Below, one piece after another: positions 43,408 through 53,795 of a stretch of 64,000 nucleotides of DNA; the first letter of the stretch is position 1, and every line of letters starts with the position of its first letter. The translations under genes were made by a program, and so were the position numbers. The DNA lies in assembly GCA_944391745.1 (NCBI GenBank), contig CALXUS010000001.1:81425-145424 (forward strand), given 5' to 3'. Source of the DNA: an uncultured Clostridia bacterium (GTDB lineage Bacteria; Bacillota; Clostridia; TANB77; CAG-508). Below the pieces are notes generated by a model. It was given only the letters and a program-made list of their open reading frames with translations. It did not search any database and had not been told where the DNA came from.

Positions 43408-44286
43408 ATGAATGATAATGATGTATTAAATTTAGTAAATAATAACCATGAAAGAGCAGTTTGGGAAAGAAATAATAGATTAAGAAGAAACTATCCTGTA
43501 CAAGATCCTGTTTTACCTAAAAAGCCTTATACTCTAAAAAAATATAAAAGCAAATCTAGATTATCTAAAATGCATCCTCATTTAAAAAAATCTCTAATTT
43601 TTCTTTTATCTGCTGCTATGGGGGTAGGTGTTCTTACTTATAAAGCTCCTGATATTTTGCAGACTATTTCTCAAGCAAGAACTGCAATTTCAGATATTTT
43701 TACATCAGATTCTAAAGACTCAGAAAGTTTAGGATATGAATATTATTCTGAGGATTTTCCTGAACTAAGATCTCTTAATAATAATTATAAATATATTACT
43801 GAAGAAGTAAAACCAGATGAAGCTTATGGACACACTAGAGGTTTAATACTTATTTATGATGATGTTGCTAACAACATAGTATTTACTAAAGTTGCTAATG
43901 CATATAATAAATATTTTGCACAAAAAGGTGAAGATAAATCTCTTTCACCTGATGATTTAAATTTCGGTTATAATAAAAATGATGATTCATATTATATATA
44001 TACTGACAAAACTGGAACAAAATTAAATTTAGGAAATAATGCAGTAATTTCTGATTATGCTAAATCTAGTAAAGAAATGATAAATACATTATCTGGATAT
44101 GAAGTGTCAACTAATTTACAGCTTCAATATTTGCAAGATAATTTAGCGAAATTAAATAACATTGCTAATTCAGAAATTCAATTTGAAGAAAATGAAAAAG
44201 GAGATTTATCATTTAGTGTTAATTCTCCTGAGCAAGAACAGGATGGTAATACATTAAATAATGAAGAAGAAGATTTAGAATTATAA
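43408..44286 (+). CDS. Hypothetical N-terminally anchored protein
   Basis: 292 aa. TM at about residues 62-80. Confidence 0.5.
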   Translation: MNDNDVLNLVNNNHERAVWERNNRLRRNYPVQDPVLPKKPYTLKKYKSKSRLSKMHPHLKKSLIFLLSAAMGVGVLTYKAPDILQTISQARTAISDIFTSDSKDSESLGYEYYSEDFPELRSLNNNYKYITEEVKPDEAYGHTRGLILIYDDVANNIVFTKVANAYNKYFAQKGEDKSLSPDDLNFGYNKNDDSYYIYTDKTGTKLNLGNNAVISDYAKSSKEMINTLSGYEVSTNLQLQYLQDNLAKLNNIANSEIQFEENEKGDLSFSVNSPEQEQDGNTLNNEEEDLEL

Positions 44287-44291
44287 TTTAT

Positions 44292-44343
44292 AAAAACAGG
44301 AAAAGGGGCGGCTACAAAGGTAACCTCCCCTTTTCCTGTTTCC
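44292..44343. terminator. Bidirectional intrinsic terminator (14-bp stem aacaggaaaagggg/ccccttttcctgtt)
   Basis: Perfect long GC-containing inverted repeat between convergent genes. Confidence 0.65.
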
Positions 44344-44363
44344 TTATTTAGGAATCAGATACT

Positions 44364-44888
44364 TTAAGCGACAGAATAAATCCTCATCAACTTCCTTCCC
44401 GTCTCACGACTTTCTTCTTTATCAATCTTGATAGTCTCGTTAACCACCTTAACTACCAAATTGCCATGTTGAACCAATGGTTCCCAGCCATCATTTTCAA
44501 CATCGGAATGAGAAGCTTTTTGGATTTCCCAGACATCAACATCCGGAACGGGTTTTGCCTCTTTTTCTACATACTGATTGAAAAAGTCAATCAGTACAGG
44601 ACGAATTGTGTCGTCCTTAAGAGCCTTAAACAAAAGGAAACTCCTTCCATCGTCCGTTTCGTTTTTGTTTCGAACGTAAATATTTTTGAGTTGCCCCCTT
44701 GTCAAGGTCAGATAATCAAGCATTTTTCCAATGCCTTCAGGCTCTTTGTTCAAGTTTTCCCTCTCGCTGTCAGTGAGCTTACGCATTTTGCGTTTTCTTG
44801 CGTAAACTGTAACATTGGTAGGTTTTTTCTTGACAAAACCTAATTCCTCTGCTGCCTTCCGTTTTACCGTATTGAAGAATGTAGCCAT
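44364..44888 (-). CDS. Hypothetical basic/acidic 174-aa protein encoded on a second GC-rich (foreign-looking) segment
   Basis: Markedly higher G+C and GC-rich codons compared with the flanks. Stand-alone gene with a terminator. Confidence 0.55.
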   Translation of the reverse strand: MATFFNTVKRKAAEELGFVKKKPTNVTVYARKRKMRKLTDSERENLNKEPEGIGKMLDYLTLTRGQLKNIYVRNKNETDDGRSFLLFKALKDDTIRPVLIDFFNQYVEKEAKPVPDVDVWEIQKASHSDVENDGWEPLVQHGNLVVKVVNETIKIDKEESRETGRKLMRIYSVA

Positions 44889-45037
44889 CCTTCATCACTC
44901 CCTTCAGTAAAGTATCTTATCTATTATACCACTATTAACATAAAAAATCAACCAATAAGTAAAATTTACTTATTGGTTTAATAAATTTTCATTTCATTAC
45001 CCCTTAAATGTAGTATTTACTTACTGGTTGATATTTA

Positions 45038-45343
45038 TTATTCTTCTGAACTTGTAGCTTCAGCTTCTGGCTTTGCTTCAGGTTCAGGGGTATTATTGTA
45101 TACTTCTAATATAGCTTTTTGGATTTTTTCTCTAGTAGCAGGATTTATAGGATGTGCTATATCCTTATGTTCTCCAGTGCTCTTAATCTTTTTGCTAGGC
45201 ATAGCAATAAATAATACTCCTTCAGGATTTTTGATAACTTTGATTTCATGTACTACGAATTCGTTATCAAATGTTACAGATGCAACAGCTTTTAATCTGT
45301 TCTCTGAATTTACTTTTCTTAATCTTACGTCTGTTATTTCCAT
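45038..45343 (-). CDS. spoVG: Septation protein SpoVG
   Basis: Conserved start [11 protein letters not shown] at the ATG 45343 (RBS ggagaac). The ORF-track 5' extension is unlikely. Confidence 0.9.
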   Translation of the reverse strand: MEITDVRLRKVNSENRLKAVASVTFDNEFVVHEIKVIKNPEGVLFIAMPSKKIKSTGEHKDIAHPINPATREKIQKAILEVYNNTPEPEAKPEAEATSSEE

Positions 45344-45554
45344 AATATGTGTTCTCCTTCCAAAGTTATGAATTTTATGAAAAATATCTCTATTTTTCAT
45401 ACTACTTTATATATTCGCTAATAAACTCCTTTTTCCTTCTTATTTTTACAAAAAATTTTTATGGTTTTATGTAACCATATATATTGTTTTTTTTAGCTTT
45501 GTGTAATATAATAGTTAAGCATATTATATAATTAATTAAGGAGCGTGAATTTTT

Positions 45555-46940
45555 TTGGCAAACTTGCAAGAATTAAAAAGATATAAAAACATTTATATGA
45601 TAGGCATTGGTGGAATTAGTATGAGCGGTATAGCTGAAATTCTTAAAAATTGGGGATTTCATGTTTCTGGGTCAGATATTAATTCATCTGATGTCATTGA
45701 TAAATTAGTAAGCAATGGCATATCTGTTACTATTGGTCATAATTTAAGTGCTATTGCCAAAGCTGATTTAGTGGTTTATTCAGCTGCAATTAAGCCAACG
45801 GATGTTGAACTAGTTAAAGCTCGCGAACTGGGCATTCCAGTTGTTGAAAGGGCTGATTTTTTAGGTGAAATAACTAAATGTTTTAGAAATACAATATGTG
45901 TTTCTGGTACACACGGTAAATCTACTACTACATCTATGGTTTCAATGTGCTTTTTAGAAGCTCATAAGGATCCCACTATACAAATTGGAGCTTCTCTAGA
46001 TGATATTGGTGGTAATTATAAAATTGGAAATAGCGATTATTTTATTTTAGAAGCTTGTGAATATGTTGAAAGCTTTTTGAAGTTCTTTCCTAAAGCAGAA
46101 ATTATTTTAAATATTGATAATGATCATTTAGATTATTATGGAAGTATTGAAAATATAAAAGAAGCTTTTATTAAATATGTTAAATTATTACCTGATGATG
46201 GTATATTAGTTTATAATGCGGATGATGTAAATTGTGCTCATTTATCAAAATATACCAAAGCGAAAAGTTTAACCTTTGGTATTAATTCGTCAAATGCTAA
46301 TTTTGTAGCCAAAAACATTTCTTTTGATAAAAATGGTTACCCATCATTTGATGTATATTATAATAATAGTTTTTATAAAACAATGAAACTTTCTATTCCT
46401 GGTAAGCATAATGTTTTAAATGCTTTATCTTGCATTGCTCTTTGCAATGAATTTGGTATAGATAAAAATGATATAAAAAATGCTTTACAAAAATATAGAG
46501 GTGCTCACAGAAGATTTGAATATATTGGTGAATTTAATAATGTTAAAGTTTATGATGATTATGGCCATCATCCTACAGAGATAGAAGCTGTAGCTCAAGC
46601 TTTAAAGAAAAAACAATATAATCATTCTTGGATTATATTTCAACCTCATACATACAGTAGAACCAAAAATTTGTTAGATGATTTTGCTAAATGCTTATTA
46701 AATTTTGATAATATTATAGTAACTGATATATATGCAGCTAGAGAAAATAATACCTATGGTGTTTCTGCCAAAGATATTGTTGAGAAAATTGATTCTTTAG
46801 GTAGAAAAGCTTATTACATTTCTAATTTTGATGATATAGTAGAATTTGTTAAAAGAAATGCTAAACCTTTTGATATTGTTCTTACTCAGGGTGCTGGTAC
46901 GGTTACTCAAATAGGTCCGAAATTAGTAGATAAAAAATAA
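45555..46940 (+). CDS. murC: UDP-N-acetylmuramate--L-alanine ligase
   Basis: 461 aa. GIGGISMSGIAEIL, GTHGKSTTT. Confidence 0.92.
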   Translation: MANLQELKRYKNIYMIGIGGISMSGIAEILKNWGFHVSGSDINSSDVIDKLVSNGISVTIGHNLSAIAKADLVVYSAAIKPTDVELVKARELGIPVVERADFLGEITKCFRNTICVSGTHGKSTTTSMVSMCFLEAHKDPTIQIGASLDDIGGNYKIGNSDYFILEACEYVESFLKFFPKAEIILNIDNDHLDYYGSIENIKEAFIKYVKLLPDDGILVYNADDVNCAHLSKYTKAKSLTFGINSSNANFVAKNISFDKNGYPSFDVYYNNSFYKTMKLSIPGKHNVLNALSCIALCNEFGIDKNDIKNALQKYRGAHRRFEYIGEFNNVKVYDDYGHHPTEIEAVAQALKKKQYNHSWIIFQPHTYSRTKNLLDDFAKCLLNFDNIIVTDIYAARENNTYGVSAKDIVEKIDSLGRKAYYISNFDDIVEFVKRNAKPFDIVLTQGAGTVTQIGPKLVDKK

Positions 46941-46941
46941 C

Positions 46942-46985
46942 AAAAAAGCATATATTACTTTTAAAGTAATATATGCTTTTTTTAG
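46942..46985. terminator. Bidirectional terminator between murC and the transglutaminase-like gene
   Basis: 15-bp inverted repeat aaaagcatatattac/gtaatatatgctttt with flanking A- and T-runs. Confidence 0.6.
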
Positions 46986-48109
46986 TTTATTTTGTAATCA
47001 TCTTTAGATAATTCTGGATATATGAAATTTTGTCCTGTTCCAGATACATCACCGTCATTTTGATGATTTTTATTAAATGTATTTGCACCTTTCAAAAAAT
47101 AGTTATATTTATATGAACTATTCGAAATTGTATTGCTATTTCCACCAATTATAAGAGGATCATCCCAAGTTGCATCAATAGCATACCACTTTCCATTTTC
47201 CATTTTTACATAATTCCATGCATGCGCTTCTATATTACCATGTTCATCATAACCATTACCATAGACTAAGACACAAGGTATATTTAATTTATCTAATAAA
47301 TATTTTAAAGCTTCTGCATATCCTTCACAAACAACTTTTCTATTTATAAATGTTCCATATATATTATCATTATTTGCCGTATTATCATTATCATATTCAA
47401 CATTATCTACTAGCCAATCATGTACATATAAAATTTTCTGATATCTAGTTCCTTTTGCCTTAGATAAAATTTCATTAACTACTTCATCTATTTTTGTAAA
47501 TGCTTCGTTTATATCTTCCTCTGTATTAAAAGAAGAATTGTAATATTTTTTTCCTGTTTGAGGTCCTAAAGTATACTCATAAGATTTATAACTAAGTAAT
47601 GTTGTCGTTTTTGTTGAAATGGATAAATTATTAGTATCAACATAAAACAAATTTAAATTATCTAATGTAAGTGCATCCCATGCTGATTGAAAATAATTAC
47701 TATTTTCATCTCCGCCTAAATTTTTTACACTATCTCCGACTGAAGTTGGAAATTTTATTTCTTTAATTCCACTTTTAAGTGCATCTTCATTTTCTAAAAT
47801 AGTTGTATACATTATTTTAGCTGGTTCTTCCAACTGATTATAATAATATCTTAAAGCCTCATTTTCAGTATCTTCATATTCATCATTATAGTATGTTTCG
47901 TAATTTATTTTTTCTGCGTTAGCTTTTTGAGCAGACATTGATGCTATATAAATGCACCCTGCAAAAAGCATTACAATAATTAGTATTAATAATATAAGGC
48001 TTATACCCTTTTCTTTTTTTCTTAAGTTATTCATCAAATTCTCCATTGTGTTCATTCCTTTTTTATTGTTTATCACAAATATTATATTAAATTTTTTTTG
48101 AATTATCAA
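46982..48109 (-). CDS. Transglutaminase-like (Cys-His-Asp) domain protein, membrane-anchored
   Basis: VCEGYAEALKYLLDKLNIPC ... HAWNYVKMENGKWYAIDATWDD. Confidence 0.75.
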   Translation of the reverse strand: MIIQKKFNIIFVINNKKGMNTMENLMNNLRKKEKGISLILLILIIVMLFAGCIYIASMSAQKANAEKINYETYYNDEYEDTENEALRYYYNQLEEPAKIMYTTILENEDALKSGIKEIKFPTSVGDSVKNLGGDENSNYFQSAWDALTLDNLNLFYVDTNNLSISTKTTTLLSYKSYEYTLGPQTGKKYYNSSFNTEEDINEAFTKIDEVVNEILSKAKGTRYQKILYVHDWLVDNVEYDNDNTANNDNIYGTFINRKVVCEGYAEALKYLLDKLNIPCVLVYGNGYDEHGNIEAHAWNYVKMENGKWYAIDATWDDPLIIGGNSNTISNSSYKYNYFLKGANTFNKNHQNDGDVSGTGQNFIYPELSKDDYKIN

Positions 48110-48126
48110 TAGTATTTTTATTTATT

Positions 48127-49167
48127 TTATCTCATCATCATATCAGCAAAAATAGCATATCCTTCTGTTGGTGAATTTAATAATACATTTGTAATTGCAC
48201 CAATAAATTTATTGTTTTGAATAATTGGAGTTCCACTCATTCCAGGTATTATTCCTCCTGTTTTATTTATTAATTCTTCATCAGTAATTTCAATTAGCAT
48301 ACTTTTATTATCCTTCGAATTTTTATAAATTTTTTTAATCTTTATTTTATATTCAGAGACCTTTCCATTTTCTAATTCGCATAGTATTTTTGCATCACCT
48401 GTTGTTATTTCTTTTCTACTAGCAACTTCAACTTCTTTTTGTTTTATAGAGTTAATGAATTCAATATTTGTAGTAGTTCCATACACACCAATACCAGTAT
48501 TACTTTCTATAGTTCCTATTTTATATCCATTATCTATTATTCCCCTTATTTCTCCTACTCTACCTTTTACACCTTTTACTATAGATACTATTTGAGCAGT
48601 TACTAATTCTCCATTAGAAATGTTTAATAAATTTCCTGTATCTACATCTGTTATTCCATGTCCAAGTGCAGCAAAAGTTTTTGTTGCTTCCTCATAATAG
48701 GTCAAAGTTCCTATTCCAGCTGCTGCATCTCTTACCCATAAGCCTAACATGTAATCTTCATTTTTTCCTTTAATAGGCATTATATTTGTATAAATTAGCT
48801 CATTATTTCTTTCATATTTTATAGATATTTCTTGTCCATCTGAAGAATTCACTATATTTATTAATGTTTGTGTATTATTTATTTCCTGTCCATTAATTTC
48901 TTTTATCATATCTCCTTCTTTAATCCCAGAATTTTCATAAGGCTTATATTTATTTCCATCTATGCCATCAACCTCTGACATACCAACAACTAATACCCCA
49001 TTCGTATACAATTTTAATCCCACAGTTCTACCTATAGGATTTACATATCTATTTGTTCCTGTACTAACCGATTTTGCGTAAATATTGTATTGTATCATAG
49101 TAGTGTATATATACAAGCTTAAACAAACTATAATTAAAATAGTTGATATAATTTTATTTTTTTTCAT
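48127..49167 (-). CDS. spoIVB: Stage IV sporulation protein B (SpoIVB, S55 peptidase with PDZ domain)
   Basis: 346 aa. PDZ region plus GMSGTPIIQNNKFIGAITNV catalytic motif. Confidence 0.88.
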   Translation of the reverse strand: MKKNKIISTILIIVCLSLYIYTTMIQYNIYAKSVSTGTNRYVNPIGRTVGLKLYTNGVLVVGMSEVDGIDGNKYKPYENSGIKEGDMIKEINGQEINNTQTLINIVNSSDGQEISIKYERNNELIYTNIMPIKGKNEDYMLGLWVRDAAAGIGTLTYYEEATKTFAALGHGITDVDTGNLLNISNGELVTAQIVSIVKGVKGRVGEIRGIIDNGYKIGTIESNTGIGVYGTTTNIEFINSIKQKEVEVASRKEITTGDAKILCELENGKVSEYKIKIKKIYKNSKDNKSMLIEITDEELINKTGGIIPGMSGTPIIQNNKFIGAITNVLLNSPTEGYAIFADMMMR

Positions 49168-49180
49168 AAACTTTCCTCTA

Positions 49181-49220
49181 AAAAAATAGTTACTCTTTAC
49201 TTAGAGTAACCATTTTTTTT
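49181..49220. terminator. Terminator at the distal end of the pilus-like operon
   Basis: tagttactct/agagtaacca stem, flanked by A7 and T8. Confidence 0.6.
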
Positions 49221-49239
49221 ATTTTTATGAAATTATATT

Positions 49240-51141
49240 TTAAGTAGCATATTCATTAAAATATTCACTTACTTTATATAAAGCTTCTTTCTCTCTTGCA
49301 AGAGCAGTAATATAAGCTTTTCTTACATCATCATTAGGATTTTGTCCTTCGTATTCTGCATGCACACCTTCATTAGAGCTTTTAAATGGTGTTCCTTCAA
49401 GTAAATTATCTGTTGTGAATACAATATCTTCTCTTCCTATTATACATTCATAAGCACCTGAACCAGAATGAGGATAATAATAGAATGATAGTGTTGTTGA
49501 CTTATAACTTGATGGATCTACCTCATCATAAGAGGCTAATTGTTGTAAGTAATCTATACTATTATATCCTATTAATTGTCCACCAGTATATCCTCCATTA
49601 TTTAATTCTATACATCTTGGACTATGGTAAGTACCAGAAACATCATTATCTCTATTTCCAGTTTCAACTTCTCTTAAAATAATTGAATCCCTTGAAACAA
49701 ATTCTTTATTTTTTGTATTAGCTACTATTGCATAATTACTATAATATTTAAAGTTTCCTATTGGAAGTCCTTGCATGAAAGAAACAACAGTTACATTATT
49801 AGTAATTTTATACCAATCATCTTCGCTTAATACTGGTAATGTAAATTCATACCCCGAATTTTGATGAATATTAAAGTTAGCAATAATACTCATCAAATTA
49901 GATTCTATTGAACTAATTATAACATCCATTCTATGTTCATTAAATGTTGAATCTTCTGCTTCAGGATCATTATCAGGATCTTTTATATCAAAAGCATCTG
50001 TTATATCATAATCATAACGTTCATGTATAGGGACTATCTCTCCTGTTGATTCTTCTACTTTAGTATAATTTAACTGATTATTATAACTATCTGTTACAAC
50101 ATTAATCGTTGATAATCCCCCAAAAATATCCCAAAATTTTTCAGAGAATTCTTTTGCTTTTGTATAGTAATTTATTGCACTTTGATCTAAAAAGTTTCCC
50201 TCATTTAGCTGAGTATAATCAGCATTCTCGTCATTTAATACATATTTTGCTAAAGAATTTGCTTCATTAGCATTTAAATATACTCTTAAATTGTTATTAA
50301 GTCTAAAAAAGTTTATTCCTGTAACATAAGTACTACTTCCTTTTCCTATATTAGCAGAATTATCTATATAATATTTATTATTATTAAAATATACATATTG
50401 AAAATATTCTGGTTCACAAGGACTGTATTCAGTTCCAGTAGAACCATCTGTCTTAGGTATTGTATCGATAGTAACAATATATTCTCCTAGTTTTTCTTTT
50501 TCTACTAAAACACCATGAGCATTGACTGTGCCATCAATATTTACTGTAATATTATCTGGATTTACTAAATATCCTGATAAATTTATTACATCTGATCCAT
50601 TTACGCCCATCATAGTAATATAATTATCTAGTGTATAATTAATAACTATATCTAAATTACCAGAATTTGAAGTATATTCACAAGTATAATAAATAAATGG
50701 TTTTACACCATTACGTGAAGCTAATTCATTTGAATTAACTGTTAAGTATTCTTGTTTTCCATCAGTTATTGTTACAGCATTTTGATAATCACCATATAAG
50801 TAATATCCATCATATAAAGTAAATAACATTGCTGGTATATAGCCTTGTAAATCTTCTCTTCTGTATCCTGATGAGCCCATGCCTGATGCTAAACTATTGT
50901 AAAATGTATTTACAGTTGCAGATATATCTCTTATTTTTGAATCATTTACAGTTGAATAACCATTTCTTAAAGTATTCATTTGATATGCATATACGGCATC
51001 ATTAGTAGCACTTAGTAAAATGTCATCATAGGCTGCTTCTTCGGCAATGACTTTTTGATTGTTATCTACATACATATTAATTACTAATGATATTGGCAAT
51101 ATAATTACTATAAATACTACTGCTAATTGTTGTAATTTCAT
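49240..51141 (-). CDS. Large (633 aa) N-terminally anchored protein; candidate filament tip or adhesin component of the Tad-like locus
   Basis: N-terminal hydrophobic segment MKLQQLAVVFIVIILPISLV. Last gene of the operon. Confidence 0.5.
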   Translation of the reverse strand: MKLQQLAVVFIVIILPISLVINMYVDNNQKVIAEEAAYDDILLSATNDAVYAYQMNTLRNGYSTVNDSKIRDISATVNTFYNSLASGMGSSGYRREDLQGYIPAMLFTLYDGYYLYGDYQNAVTITDGKQEYLTVNSNELASRNGVKPFIYYTCEYTSNSGNLDIVINYTLDNYITMMGVNGSDVINLSGYLVNPDNITVNIDGTVNAHGVLVEKEKLGEYIVTIDTIPKTDGSTGTEYSPCEPEYFQYVYFNNNKYYIDNSANIGKGSSTYVTGINFFRLNNNLRVYLNANEANSLAKYVLNDENADYTQLNEGNFLDQSAINYYTKAKEFSEKFWDIFGGLSTINVVTDSYNNQLNYTKVEESTGEIVPIHERYDYDITDAFDIKDPDNDPEAEDSTFNEHRMDVIISSIESNLMSIIANFNIHQNSGYEFTLPVLSEDDWYKITNNVTVVSFMQGLPIGNFKYYSNYAIVANTKNKEFVSRDSIILREVETGNRDNDVSGTYHSPRCIELNNGGYTGGQLIGYNSIDYLQQLASYDEVDPSSYKSTTLSFYYYPHSGSGAYECIIGREDIVFTTDNLLEGTPFKSSNEGVHAEYEGQNPNDDVRKAYITALAREKEALYKVSEYFNEYAT

Positions 51142-51220
51142 TTTTATCCTTTCTCAAATTATTTTCATAATTTGACAAAATGGAGTAGATTAATAACCTA
51201 CCCCATTTCTTTACTTTAGT

Positions 51221-51745
51221 CTATTTTCCATTTACACTTACAATTCCGCTATGTTGAGCAGTTATGCTTGCAGTATTATTTCCAGTTACACGGTAGACAA
51301 AATCTTTTAATATAGTTCCAATAGTTCTGTTTGTATTTTTTACACTAACTGTTACCATATCACCTTGTTTTAAGTACATTGCACCTGCTTCAGAATTTAC
51401 TTCATCTAATATTTGGGTAGTGTACTTACTATAATAATAGTTTTCTCCAACTTTTGTGTATTCAGCCTCTGTAACCTTTTTTCCTGGGTTATCATCTAAT
51501 ACTTGAACTTCCATTTCAACATTATAACTATTTCCTGTTGAAGACAATATTTGAACAAAATTATCATAGTTATCTTGTGTTATTTGCCCTGTAGATCTAA
51601 TTTCATCAACAAAATCTGTTGTTGCTGCATCAACAGCTTGAGTTGTAATATCATCAGTTCTTTCAGAGGTTGACATTAGTGGAAATATGAACATTAATAT
51701 AGCAGCTAAAAATATTGCTACCACCGTTATAACTGTATCGCTCAT
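51221..51745 (-). CDS. Small N-terminally anchored protein (174 aa); pilin/pseudopilin-like candidate
   Basis: N-terminal hydrophobic helix, then a soluble domain. Operon context. Confidence 0.5.
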   Translation of the reverse strand: MSDTVITVVAIFLAAILMFIFPLMSTSERTDDITTQAVDAATTDFVDEIRSTGQITQDNYDNFVQILSSTGNSYNVEMEVQVLDDNPGKKVTEAEYTKVGENYYYSKYTTQILDEVNSEAGAMYLKQGDMVTVSVKNTNRTIGTILKDFVYRVTGNNTASITAQHSGIVSVNGK

Positions 51746-51762
51746 AACTACCTCCTTTAAAT

Positions 51763-52644
51763 TTAAGCTTCACTTTTTATATAAATGTATTGAATTACTC
51801 TTTTTGTAGTGCCTTTATTATTTGCTACAATTTCGCCATTATCTAGTTCATCTACTGAGTCTACAATATTTGAAAGAATATTTAACTGGCTTTCTGAGTT
51901 ACCTTCATCATCTTCATTTACATTTTGTACATTATTATAATTATATTCGCCATATCTTTCGACAAATTCGTAGTCCTTGCCTATTATGCCATCACTACCA
52001 CCATTGAAACTACCATATTGAAATTTTATTTGATAATATGGGTATGGTTCGTCAGGCGGATTATATGTAAATTGATTTATTGTTCCATTATATAAACTTG
52101 CTGTTCTACTAGTATAGTATTTTTCTGTAAGAGTACCATTAACAAATGCTTTAATAAACTCAAAAGAAGTTTTTTGTGTAGCACTCCATGGTTCTCTTCT
52201 AACTTGTTCATCTTGAATGTCAAAACCATATACTTTTCTTGTTTGGCTTCCAGCTTCTGTTGTGGTTATAGTAGAACCAGGTAAATATGTAGCATCAGTT
52301 TCTGTATAATAAAGAGTCATAGGCTCAATAGTAGCAAAGTTACCTGTAGTTCTATCATAGCCTGTACCTACATAAAATAATATAGTATAATTTTCTTTAT
52401 AATATCTATATAATGTAGGAATAATGGTTTCAGGCCCCACAATTCTGCTTGATAAAGCATTTACACTACCTTCACCAGTTGCATCTAATGCTAATTGTTG
52501 ATAATATTCTTTTATATCTGCATTTTGTGCTAAATTGGCAGAAGTTTGCCTTACTCTATTAAAAGAATAGACTGCTAAAGATAATGCTGCAACAAATACT
52601 AAAACTGCAAAAGCCATTTTTATGGCATGAACTGCATTCTCCAT
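51763..52644 (-). CDS. MENA-family pilin-like protein (293 aa)
   Basis: N-terminus MENAVHAIKMAFAVLVFVAALSLAVYSF, related to the three MENASKALIIAG paralogs. Confidence 0.55.
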   Translation of the reverse strand: MENAVHAIKMAFAVLVFVAALSLAVYSFNRVRQTSANLAQNADIKEYYQQLALDATGEGSVNALSSRIVGPETIIPTLYRYYKENYTILFYVGTGYDRTTGNFATIEPMTLYYTETDATYLPGSTITTTEAGSQTRKVYGFDIQDEQVRREPWSATQKTSFEFIKAFVNGTLTEKYYTSRTASLYNGTINQFTYNPPDEPYPYYQIKFQYGSFNGGSDGIIGKDYEFVERYGEYNYNNVQNVNEDDEGNSESQLNILSNIVDSVDELDNGEIVANNKGTTKRVIQYIYIKSEA

Positions 52645-52667
52645 ATTTACCCTTTCTTTATATTAAA

Positions 52668-53180
52668 TTAATCTTGATTTGCTTCAATATATATTGTTTT
52701 AACGTAACCATTTGACCAATATGTTTGTAAACCTTGTCCTGCTGTTTCATTATCATCATCACCATAAGATTCTACACCATCTTCGTCATAAGTTCCACCA
52801 TCTGTATTTGATGTTGTATATGCTCTAACTTTATATGTTCTACCAGTTTTTATAGCTGTTCCACTTGTAATTGTAGCCTCAGCAGTACTTCCATCTACTA
52901 ATCTAACTTGGATACGATTTCCTATATTTTCATCATTAGCTGCTGCTGATCTATTATTTGCACTAACTGCTGTCATTAAAGCTCTAACATTTGAACCTGA
53001 TTGACTTTCACCATAATATCCTTCAAATGGTGAATTATGTGTTGAAATTGCTTGAGTATCCATATTTGCATCAGTTGCTATTCCTGAAACATTATTGTAA
53101 ATTATAACTCCTAAACCAACTATTAAAATTGAAATTAATATTGCACCTGCAATAATAAGTGCTTTTGACGCATTTTCCAT
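52668..53180 (-). CDS. MENA-family pilin-like protein (about 170 aa)
   Basis: Start MENASKALIIAGAILISILIVGL at the ATG 53180 with a strong RBS aaaggagg. The ORF-track 5' extension lacks support. Confidence 0.6.
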   Translation of the reverse strand: MENASKALIIAGAILISILIVGLGVIIYNNVSGIATDANMDTQAISTHNSPFEGYYGESQSGSNVRALMTAVSANNRSAAANDENIGNRIQVRLVDGSTAEATITSGTAIKTGRTYKVRAYTTSNTDGGTYDEDGVESYGDDDNETAGQGLQTYWSNGYVKTIYIEANQD

Positions 53181-53293
53181 AAAATAATTCCTCCTTTGAT
53201 TTTTAATTTTTATATAATATTTAGTTTGCGTAACTAAATCTAAAAACATATAAATTTATCTATTGTTTACTTAACTTCATTTGAGTTTGCATT

Positions 53294-53737
53294 TTATTTT
53301 TCACTATTAACATCTATTTCATCAAAATGTAAATAGCTAATTAAATTAGTATTTTTATGATATTCTATTTTTGTACATTTAAAAATTCTATTTGAATATA
53401 GATTAATAAATTGACTTAAATCAGCTTGGTAAATAGATTCAATTTTAAATGTACTATCATTATCAATAAATTTTATATCTGCAATAATTGAATTAGTGTC
53501 ATTTTCGATAAAGAAATTATTTTCATCTTTACTTACTCCATTTTTTTGATTAGTATCGTAAATTTTATTAATATATGTTGCAAGATCTGTTCCAGTAATT
53601 TCCTTATTTAGTAATTTTTCATAATTAGCATTATAACTAATTACTTGTCTTTCATTTTCAGAATAGTTAAAATATAAGTACCCTATTCCTGCTATAATTA
53701 TTACAACTACTACAAAAAATATTAAGAATTTTTTCAT
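53294..53737 (-). CDS. Small N-terminally anchored protein (147 aa)
   Basis: MKKFLIFFVVVVIIIAGIGYLYF. Confidence 0.5.
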   Translation of the reverse strand: MKKFLIFFVVVVIIIAGIGYLYFNYSENERQVISYNANYEKLLNKEITGTDLATYINKIYDTNQKNGVSKDENNFFIENDTNSIIADIKFIDNDSTFKIESIYQADLSQFINLYSNRIFKCTKIEYHKNTNLISYLHFDEIDVNSEK

Positions 53738-53795
53738 TTTTTCCTCTTCTGAATTATAACATTTATTATTTTTTTATGCAATAATTTTTTACATT

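Noticed and set aside
53181-53249. ORF-track 5' extension (MFLDLVTQTKYYIKIKNQRRNYF) of the 52668 gene
   Set aside because: The internal ATG at 53180 has a strong aaaggagg RBS and reproduces exactly the N-terminus shared with two paralogs.
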